32,774 bases of DNA, from positions 1 to 32,774 of the forward strand of contig CAIWKW010000060.1 in assembly GCA_903913365.1 (NCBI GenBank), read 5' to 3'. A program made the translations under genes and the position numbers. This DNA comes from Candidatus Doudnabacteria bacterium (GTDB lineage: Bacteria; Patescibacteriota; Doudnabacteria; UBA920). The notes under the pieces were generated by a model. It made no database searches. It saw only the letters and a program-made list of their open reading frames with translations, and had not been told where the DNA came from. Positions 25,288 to 31,505 of this stretch are shown in pieces (positions within the stretch are counted from its first letter, which is position 1; each line of letters starts with the position of its first letter).

Positions 25288-25914
25288 TTACGCCATACTA
25301 ACGACGTCAAAATGAAAACGTTCCGGCGGTAGTGCCGGATTCGGAGGAGGGCTCAAGCTGGCCCAAGCCTCGAAGGCCGTGGCGGCGATTGTGCTTTGCA
25401 TGTACATCAAAAATTGGTCCGAGAAACAACGCAGCGGCGGAGGCTGGCGGAACGCCAATCTCATGCCTACCGCGTTTTCCGGTTCAATTCCCTGCATGCC
25501 CACGGATTTGTCGCGCAGCAGCCTAACAAAATTTATCCGGCCGGCACGCGGCCAAATGTCAGGTCGCAGCAGCGGACGAAGCTCCAGACGCGTTTCAAAA
25601 GTGGTTTCGCACTGGCGAATCCACTCAAGAATGGAATCGCCCAAACGCCAGTGGTTAACAAGTCCCTGGTATTGCTCCACCAACTGCAGAGCCAACTCCA
25701 GTTTGCGCTGCTCGAGCATTGCGGAGATTTCCGGAATCTCAATTATCGGCGGGGGCAGCATGTCCTCGGTTTCTACTACTTGGCTGGCCATTTGCATGGC
25801 CTTTTCGAGTCGGTTATGCATTTGAGATGCGTGGATTAACAGCGGCGGGAGCTCATGTGTTTTGTCTCCCGGCACTTCAATAAACTCTCTTCCGCCAACA
25901 GTTACTATTGCCAT
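25288..25914 (-). CDS. Hypothetical 208-aa protein, GC-rich orphan
   Basis: AGGAGG SD 5 nt upstream of the ATG, plus own promoter and terminator. Pro/Leu/Arg-rich. No motif recognised. Overlapping antisense ORFs are a GC artefact. Confidence 0.6.
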   Translation of the reverse strand: MAIVTVGGREFIEVPGDKTHELPPLLIHASQMHNRLEKAMQMASQVVETEDMLPPPIIEIPEISAMLEQRKLELALQLVEQYQGLVNHWRLGDSILEWIRQCETTFETRLELRPLLRPDIWPRAGRINFVRLLRDKSVGMQGIEPENAVGMRLAFRQPPPLRCFSDQFLMYMQSTIAATAFEAWASLSPPPNPALPPERFHFDVVSMA

Positions 25915-25953
25915 AGTTACCTCCTGAAAATTCGGACGAAATACTTATTGCGA

Positions 25954-25982
25954 TTATAGAGTATTAAGGATTTTTTGCCAAA
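25954..25982 (-). promoter_or_regulatory. Near-consensus sigma70 promoter for the 208-aa gene
   Basis: The reverse complement reads TTGGCA, 17 nt, TATAAT. Confidence 0.65.
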
Positions 25983-25992
25983 TTTTTGAGCA

Positions 25993-26021
25993 TTGATAAT
26001 TTATTCATTATCTTTTATAAT
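25993..26021 (+). promoter_or_regulatory. Sigma70 promoter for the tRNA
   Basis: TTGATA (25993-25998), 17 nt, TATAAT (26016-26021). The tRNA 5' end lies 14 nt downstream. Confidence 0.65.
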
Positions 26022-26034
26022 ATGTAAAGCTTTT

Positions 26035-26111
26035 GGGCGTGTAGCTCAGTTGGTTAGAGCGCTTAGCTTATACCTAAGAAGTCCTAGGTTCGAGTCCTAG
26101 CACGCCCACCA
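26035..26111 (+). tRNA. tRNA-Ile, anticodon UAU, CCA encoded
   Basis: Hand-folded cloverleaf. Acceptor GGGCGTG/CACGCCC; D arm GCTC-AGTTGGTTA-GAGC; anticodon arm CTTAG-CTTATAC-CTAAG; variable loop AAGTC; T arm CTAGG-TTCGAGT-CCTAG; discriminator A then CCA. The D-arm/body is Ile-like. Confidence 0.85.
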
Positions 26112-27566
26112 TTGCTCCAAATTCATCTTTTTTGGAGCTTCAGCCATCGGCTGAAATGTTTGTTTGAACTGATAATCTTGCACTTCCTGATTTTCGACCT
26201 TAAGGTTCCAAAGTACGGAATTTAGTATTTCCTTTTTCTTGAGTGGATTACCGTTTAAGTAGTCAAAAGATGCGTAAGAGGCCTGTAATAGGGCCTTTTT
26301 AGTTTGTTCCAAAGTAGAAAGTGCCTCATCTTGAGTTCGGTTTTCCAGTTTTAAAATCCGCGCCTCGATGGATTTTATGTCTGCCTCCAGAGATAAAATT
26401 TTAGGCTTGAGAGAATCTTTAAGGCTGGGGTCAGTAGAAATTACGTCAGCGAGATTGGACAGCCTGCCCTGTTCGGTTTTGAGTAATTTAGCCAGTTCGT
26501 CTTTTTGAGTTTTGGAATTTGAGCCTTGCTGTATGGTTTGCTCTTTGGCCGACTCATAAGCCAGCTCAATATCATCGGGTTCAAGTTTGATTTTGTTTAA
26601 AACTTTAGCGACTAATTTATCGGCCGCCGTTTCGTTGAGGTATTTTTTATGCTGTTCGCATTTTCTCTTGCCGTTGGTGCAGTAATAATAAACGTGGCCT
26701 TTTTTCTCGGCGGCGGTTAAGGCACAGCCGCAGGAGTGGCAGTTCATAAATCCTCTTAACGGGTAAAAGTGGGTTTTTCTTCGTGGTCTGGTTTTGCCGG
26801 ACATCACAAACTGGGCTTGATCAAAAACGGCTTTGGTAATTAAGGGCTGGTGTATGCCCTGATACTGCTGGCCGTTTCGGGTAATGGTGCCGTAGTAAAA
26901 GGTTGTGGTTAGCAGGTGTTGCATCATAGCCTTGCTGTGCTGTTTGCCGGTCTTGCTTTTAAAGCCTTTGTTAAACATAATCTCGGCCACATCCCGCAGG
27001 GAATAACCGCCGGTGGAATAGAGCTCAAAAAGCTGTTGGATGAAAACTGATTTAATTGGGTCAACATCAATTTTTCTGCTAATGGGATTATTGGTATAGC
27101 CTATGGGAGCCTTGCCGGGAAGTTCGCCTTTTTCTAGTTTGGTTTTGTTGCCACGCTTAACATTTTTTGACAGGTCAATGCTGTATTGGGCGGCCATACT
27201 AAACTCTACGCCTGAAATCAAAGTATTGTCTTCGGGGTTGTAGGTGCGTTCGGGAGTAATGATTTTAGAAATGACATTGGTTTGCAGGAGCCACTTAATC
27301 GTTCCCTCGTCTTTGGGGTTACGGGCAAGCCGGTCAAGCTTCCAAACCAACAAGACGGAGCCGGGGTGTTTTTCAATCAGCTTAACCAGCTTTTCAAATT
27401 CAGGACGGCCGGGGTAACGGGCGGATTTACTCTCTTCAAAGATTTTATCAATTTTTAGATTATGCTCACGGGCTAAACCGGCCAGCTCGTTTCTCTGGCT
27501 CTCAATGGACAGCACTTGATGAGCGGAGTCTTCGGAAGACCTGCGGCAGTAAATTATGTTTTTCAT
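26097..27566 (-). CDS. Large serine recombinase (integrase)
   Basis: 489 aa. Resolvase-type N-terminus IIYCRRSSEDS...SIESQ...LLVWKLDRLARN, recombinase domain, Cys-rich zinc-ribbon (CHSCGC...YYYCTNGKRKC) and coiled-coil C-terminus. The last 5 codons overlap the tRNA 3' end. Confidence 0.9.
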   Translation of the reverse strand: MKNIIYCRRSSEDSAHQVLSIESQRNELAGLAREHNLKIDKIFEESKSARYPGRPEFEKLVKLIEKHPGSVLLVWKLDRLARNPKDEGTIKWLLQTNVISKIITPERTYNPEDNTLISGVEFSMAAQYSIDLSKNVKRGNKTKLEKGELPGKAPIGYTNNPISRKIDVDPIKSVFIQQLFELYSTGGYSLRDVAEIMFNKGFKSKTGKQHSKAMMQHLLTTTFYYGTITRNGQQYQGIHQPLITKAVFDQAQFVMSGKTRPRRKTHFYPLRGFMNCHSCGCALTAAEKKGHVYYYCTNGKRKCEQHKKYLNETAADKLVAKVLNKIKLEPDDIELAYESAKEQTIQQGSNSKTQKDELAKLLKTEQGRLSNLADVISTDPSLKDSLKPKILSLEADIKSIEARILKLENRTQDEALSTLEQTKKALLQASYASFDYLNGNPLKKKEILNSVLWNLKVENQEVQDYQFKQTFQPMAEAPKKMNLEQWWAC

Positions 27567-27795
27567 ATCGTTATTGATTTTTAAGAATTAGGGGGTTTTT
27601 ATTATACCCCCAAGAAACAAAACCGCCAAATATTTTTTTTACTTCGGCCTTTAAATTTTAATTTTCGTTTTTGGGGTGTGCAAGGGTAAAAATAATTTAC
27701 CTTCGTCTTAAAATATTTTTAATTCCCTTGACACCCAAAACTGCGAAAATTCTGTTTTCCCCATAATCAGTAAAAAATTAAAGGCGGTGAGAACA

Positions 27796-27963
27796 ATGGA
27801 ACTTAATCAAATGGAAATGAACACCATTAGATTCTGCTTGCAGGAACAGATAAATATCCTTATGGAAAGACGGGACAGGGTGGAAGATAAGGCACAGATT
27901 AACAAGAGAATCGGTTGGTTAATTATCGTTAAGCAGAAAATACCAAAACCAGTAAAACAATAA
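27796..27963 (+). CDS. Hypothetical 55-aa helical protein, divergent from the recombinase (possible regulator/directionality factor)
   Basis: My translation is MELNQMEMNTIRFCLQEQINILMERRDRVEDKAQINKRIGWLIIVKQKIPKPVKQ. Below the ORF-track cutoff. Weak SD (GGTGAG). Confidence 0.35.
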   Translation: MELNQMEMNTIRFCLQEQINILMERRDRVEDKAQINKRIGWLIIVKQKIPKPVKQ

Positions 27964-27993
27964 AACCAACACCCAAACAAAAACCAAATTTTT

Positions 27994-28305
27994 TTATGGT
28001 CGCTTGTCGGTATCTCTTAAATCTTTTAAACATTCCCGCTCGTCATCAGTTAAGCCAAAAAGTTGATTAAACCTCCAGCCGTCAGGAGCCTTGCCTTTGG
28101 CCTGGGACAACGGCGCTCTGGGCAGGTCAATATTGAAACGCAAATCCGGCCTGCAAGTAGGACAAACCTTAAACGGACAGCTAATCCAAGGCTGGCGGAG
28201 GTGGCGAACATATTTGCAGAATTTACAGCTACAAAGAGCGCGGCCTAAACTGCCGTCATTGTGGCTTTCATATTTCCCGATAGCTTGTGGGGTTTGATTG
28301 GCCAT
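27994..28305 (-). CDS. Cys-rich 103-aa protein (putative zinc-binding), unknown function
   Basis: CxCxxC ... Cx5CxxC pattern (CSCKFCKYVRHLRQPWISCPFKVCPTC). Immediately downstream of Rep on the same strand. Confidence 0.5.
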   Translation of the reverse strand: MANQTPQAIGKYESHNDGSLGRALCSCKFCKYVRHLRQPWISCPFKVCPTCRPDLRFNIDLPRAPLSQAKGKAPDGWRFNQLFGLTDDERECLKDLRDTDKRP

Positions 28306-28320
28306 CAGACTTTAGTTAAA

Positions 28321-29274
28321 TTAAAATGGCAAATTATAATCAGTTAGCATATCCGCAGGAGGCTGGTTGTCAGCTTGCAGTTGCGGATAATTAAAACTGA
28401 ATCTTAACGGCTGGGGGTGCTGTTTTTCTTGGATTATATTTTCCTGTATCCAGTCCACGATTTCGGGAAAGCCCTTTAAGCTGTAATCCGTTTTATCCAT
28501 AACTTGGTCAACAAAATCAAAGCCGTTCCAGACTGGGTATTTAATGTTTTTCACTTTGTGCAGGATAAGGGAAGCAGGGAGGGTGGCTTCAATATCCGAA
28601 ACCGAAGCGTCGTGCCGGAGGATTTGAGCCTCAACTAAACCAGTTGAGCGGAAGTAGTGTTTTTTACCGGCGGCGTGGTAATCACGAAAGTTCTTGCCTA
28701 AATATTTGGCCATATATTGGCCGTAGTTGCGGTCGTAAATTTTGCGGATGTCCACAATGCCAAAGCCCCAAAGTTTTTGCAGTTTTTTCTGCTCTATCCA
28801 CGGCTGGTTAAACAGCACAATGTGGAAATGAATCTTTTTGCTCTTGGGTTGAAGTTCCATAACGGCCACGTATTTAAGTTGTCCGGTCTGTTTGTCAAAA
28901 TAGTTCCAGTTAACCTTTTTAATGTAGGAGGTAAAATCCTTAACAGCTCTAGGAGCGTCTTCGGCTTGGACATTGTCTTTGTAGGTATTGGTGAAAAACT
29001 TGGCGGTTAAAGAGCCGGAGCGGTGAACACCCTCAATGATATTGGCGTTAATCAAATCAATTACCGTGTCTTGTGCCCTGTGGTAATTGGATATTTCAAT
29101 GGCTTCCGGACTTTTGGCCGGAGCGGGCAGGGGTTTGGGGCCGCCGGTTTTAGCATCAAAGACAAAACCGTCATCGTCAAACTTTGGAGGTCTTGGGCCA
29201 AAATGAACCTCGCGGGAAAAGTGTTTTATGGTTACGTGGTAACCGGCGATTTTTAGGGTATGATTGGTGAACAT
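28321..29274 (-). CDS. HUH-superfamily rolling-circle replication initiator (two-tyrosine, phiX A / phage CRI-like)
   Basis: 317 aa. Motif I FFTNTY, motif II HFHIVLF (HUH), motif III YMAKYLGK (YxxKY; compare phiX gpA YVAKYVNK), in the canonical order and spacing. Confidence 0.75.
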   Translation of the reverse strand: MFTNHTLKIAGYHVTIKHFSREVHFGPRPPKFDDDGFVFDAKTGGPKPLPAPAKSPEAIEISNYHRAQDTVIDLINANIIEGVHRSGSLTAKFFTNTYKDNVQAEDAPRAVKDFTSYIKKVNWNYFDKQTGQLKYVAVMELQPKSKKIHFHIVLFNQPWIEQKKLQKLWGFGIVDIRKIYDRNYGQYMAKYLGKNFRDYHAAGKKHYFRSTGLVEAQILRHDASVSDIEATLPASLILHKVKNIKYPVWNGFDFVDQVMDKTDYSLKGFPEIVDWIQENIIQEKQHPQPLRFSFNYPQLQADNQPPADMLTDYNLPF

Positions 29275-29473
29275 AGAAAATGAGTTGGGATTTTTCTTAA
29301 ACCCTTGGATATTATTGATTATGATATTCCATAGTATTAAGTGATACAGGACGCACGAGTGAAGCAGGCAGGTGGCAGGGCTTATTGGTTTGGCAAGAAG
29401 CCATTAAAAATTACTATGAGCCGCCGATCCCGCCGGCCTGAAAGGCCGCGGGACGCGGCGTGGCGGAAAAGTT

Positions 29474-29638
29474 TTAACTTGAGTCGCTGTGGTCGTTTGG
29501 GATGTCAGCAATGGCGCGAAACAGGTTGCCCAAATCACGCAAAAAAACCTCGGCTTGTTCCGAGGTTAATTCAATGTGATATTTCTGGGCGTAGTGCTTT
29601 TTGCACCGCTCAATTAGCTGTAGGCTAAACGCAGACAT
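29474..29638 (-). CDS. Hypothetical 54-aa protein upstream of Rep
   Basis: The track ORF (TTG 29671) was trimmed to the ATG at 29638: MSAFSLQLIERCKKHYAQKYHIELTSEQAEVFLRDLGNLFRAIADIPNDHSDSS. Function unknown. Confidence 0.35.
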   Translation of the reverse strand: MSAFSLQLIERCKKHYAQKYHIELTSEQAEVFLRDLGNLFRAIADIPNDHSDSS

Positions 29639-29879
29639 TAAAAAACCCTTTTGTAACAATGGATTACGCAAGGATTCGTTTGATAGTTTAGTAATTTAGC
29701 CTAAAGAATTTTATAATTTTGCCGATAGAGTAATTAGGTCTTTTTGCCCGTGGGGTTTACCCAGGGGTCTTTGTGCCTCGTAGCTCCGGCTTTGTAAGTT
29801 AATTTAGTGGCGGCTTGTTTGATAAGAATTTTATTATAAAATTCTTGCGTTGGATTGTTAATGAACTGATTGTAAAATA

Positions 29880-29909
29880 ATTATATACCGGGGATTATGG
29901 CGGTGTCAA
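29880..29909 (-). promoter_or_regulatory. Near-consensus sigma70 promoter for the 54-aa/Rep/Cys-rich operon
   Basis: The reverse complement reads TTGACA, 18 nt, TATAAT. Confidence 0.6.
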
Positions 29910-30007
29910 TAAAGTTTTTAAATATCCGATCTTTATATAAAAACAAATAAATCTGCTGTTTTTGTTTAAATAAAGCACAAAAGGTTATAAATAAGCCATA
30001 AATATCC

Positions 30008-30036
30008 TTGACAAGAATATAGTAGTATGCTATAAT
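30008..30036 (+). promoter_or_regulatory. Perfect consensus sigma70 promoter
   Basis: TTGACA (30008-30013), exactly 17 nt, TATAAT (30031-30036). Confidence 0.75.
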
Positions 30037-30042
30037 AATTTA

Positions 30043-30344
30043 AATTAAGGTTACCGACAGCGAACCCCCAAGTGCAACACCAATGATGAAAATCATTAAG
30101 CATTCAAGGTAAAGCAAGTATAGGAATCATCCCGTATTTACTTAGCCTTTAATGCAAAGGTGATGGAGTGGCGGTGGAATCAAAGCTATTACATCCGTTG
30201 CACTTCAAAGTTCGCTATCGGTTATTTGAAAATTTAGATTTGTTTTCCTGACAGTTTGTATCGCCTAATAAGCGGACGAGCGAGGATATCTTGTATACGC
30301 ATTTGCATATACATGAGGTATCTTTGTTCGTCCGCTTTTTGTTT
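30043..30344 (+). ncRNA. Unclassified ~300-nt structured RNA (stand-alone ncRNA or cis-regulatory leader)
   Basis: Long-range helix: 30054-30078 pairs with 30197-30221 (segments of 4+1+6+7 bp around a symmetric 6x6 internal loop). AATGAT-GAAA-ATCATT hairpin with a GNRA loop at 30082-30097. Extended hairpin at about 30100-30155. G-rich segment at 30159-30177. About 30-bp terminator hairpin at 30271-30336, then TTTTGTTT. No credible ORF. Confidence 0.5.
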
Positions 30345-30367
30345 ATAGGCGGCAAAAGGGAGGACTT

Positions 30368-30802
30368 ATGACGAACGATTTCGAGTCTATCGCAAAAGTT
30401 GCGATAGAAAAAGTGGTGGCTCAGCATCCCCACCGTAACGAAAGTTTAAGGCTGGAAGCGACATTCGTAATGGCGAAGGTCTTACAGCCAGAGAAGCGCA
30501 GAATGGCTTTCATCCTGTCGGAAAACCTTGATAGGTTGCCCGCTAGCGGAAAAGAAAGGTTCTCTCAAATATCGGTTACCGGTTGGGGAGGACATATGCC
30601 AAATCTGCCAAGTGGAACACCCGAGTACCGTTACTCGGTGTGGCGGATGTTTGAGAATGACGCCGAGCCGGTCGAAATCCACCGCTTGTCCGGGACAGAT
30701 GAAGGCGAGTACTATATGTCCCAGCTTGAAGTCAGGGACGACGGCGCCATCATCGCGTACGGCCTGGACGATAAAAAGTGGGAGTTTCCGTACGCCAAGT
30801 AA
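30368..30802 (+). CDS. Hypothetical 144-aa protein (orphan)
   Basis: GGGAGG SD 4 nt upstream of the ATG. GC-rich. No motif recognised. Confidence 0.6.
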   Translation: MTNDFESIAKVAIEKVVAQHPHRNESLRLEATFVMAKVLQPEKRRMAFILSENLDRLPASGKERFSQISVTGWGGHMPNLPSGTPEYRYSVWRMFENDAEPVEIHRLSGTDEGEYYMSQLEVRDDGAIIAYGLDDKKWEFPYAK

Positions 30803-30826
30803 TTGATAACACCCGTAGGAGGATAT

Positions 30827-31432
30827 ATGGAAAAAGTGAGATTGCTCGTAGTCGAAGATCGTCCGGAGTATCTACGCTGGGCGAAATTGGTATTTGATGC
30901 TCTGCCCAAACATAAGCCGGAGGAACAACTTTCCTTCTATAAAACGAAGGTCGAGCTGGAGAGCGTGACTTATGCCTCAACTTACGAAGAGGCTCTGGCG
31001 TCCTTGGAGACCGGCAACATTACCCACGTCATTACGGATATGTTTTTCCCTTCGGAAACCGATTGGCGGCAACACTTTACCAACGTGATGCACGACTCAT
31101 CCCGGTATGCCTTGTGCGATCACAGAGAAGAGGCTGAGAAGTTTTCCGAACTTCCTGAAAACCCCTCCGGTATCGCTGTCACCCTGGAGTGTTGGAAACG
31201 CGGAATCCCCTCAATTGTTATCTCACAGGGGAACCGGCATGTCGGCGTTTCAGGAACCCTGAGGTTTGCTCTCGAGAACATGGATTTTTTCTACGAGGGT
31301 AACATACAGGAGAGGATTTGGGTTCTGAATTTCGAAAGCAACCTGAAGCGCATCGAAATCGACAAAACGGATATCAGTTGGTGGCTAATGGCTTGGGAAC
31401 ATGTCGTCACAGGCGAACTTCACTTCAGGTAG
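30827..31432 (+). CDS. Atypical CheY-like receiver (REC)-like stand-alone protein
   Basis: AGGAGG SD upstream of the ATG at 30827 (track start is TTG 30803). RLLVVEDRPEY (beta1 acidic pair) and HVITDMFFP (phospho-acceptor-like Asp), but with a ~40-aa insertion and no output domain. Confidence 0.45.
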   Translation: MEKVRLLVVEDRPEYLRWAKLVFDALPKHKPEEQLSFYKTKVELESVTYASTYEEALASLETGNITHVITDMFFPSETDWRQHFTNVMHDSSRYALCDHREEAEKFSELPENPSGIAVTLECWKRGIPSIVISQGNRHVGVSGTLRFALENMDFFYEGNIQERIWVLNFESNLKRIEIDKTDISWWLMAWEHVVTGELHFR

Positions 31433-31450
31433 TCGCCTCGTCGCACTCAG

Positions 31451-31489
31451 GGGCGTCGCTAATGCAATCAAGCGGCGCCTCCTTTTTTA
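31451..31489 (+). terminator. Rho-independent terminator ending the GC-rich cassette
   Basis: ggcgtcgct (31452-31460) pairs with agcggcgcc (31471-31479) with 1 mismatch, followed by tccTTTTTT. Confidence 0.7.
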
Positions 31490-31505
31490 TGCTAAAATAA
31501 ATTAT

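Larger units (their letters stand above)
26097..31490. mobile_element. Putative integrated rolling-circle replicon / integrative element (serine recombinase + HUH Rep + cargo); left limit may extend to ~24950
   Basis: Compositional shift (GC-richer, by eye), SD-bearing genes, recombinase abutting the tRNA, Rep gene and consensus promoters. AT-rich host-like sequence returns at ~31500. Confidence 0.6.

Noticed and set aside
25332-25839. Three + strand ORFs (64, 148, 147 aa) and one - strand ORF (25533..25742, 69 aa) overlapping the 208-aa gene
   Set aside because: High GC suppresses stop codons in all frames. Only the 25288..25914 frame has an SD, a promoter and a terminator. The others give Arg/Ser/Ala-rich nonsense.
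28063-29256. Antisense ORFs within the Cys-rich and Rep genes (28063..28248, 28091..28297, 28717..29010, 29023..29256)
   Set aside because: They overlap ORFs with clear motifs (HUH/Y) and lack translation signals.
29341-29628. 95-aa Arg-rich + strand ORF between rep and the promoter hub
   Set aside because: It has a GTG start, no SD, and overlaps the 54-aa - strand ORF and a GC-rich hairpin. Its composition is typical of an out-of-frame GC-rich reading.
30043-30344. Whether the structured RNA is a retron msr/msd or a type III antitoxin repeat array
   Set aside because: No reverse transcriptase gene is nearby. I find only weak AATCA-containing similarity at 30091, 30126 and 30179, not true tandem repeats. 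The architecture is analogous, but neither class fits.
30377-30390. ttcgagtc match to the tRNA T-loop as a possible attR direct repeat
   Set aside because: Only 8 nt match, and the site lies inside a coding region. Serine recombinases do not require long direct repeats. I found no convincing duplicate of the tRNA 3' end near 31.4-31.5 kb by eye.
30215-30433. 72-aa - strand ORF
   Set aside because: It is antisense across the terminator hairpin and the start of the 144-aa gene, and has no signals.
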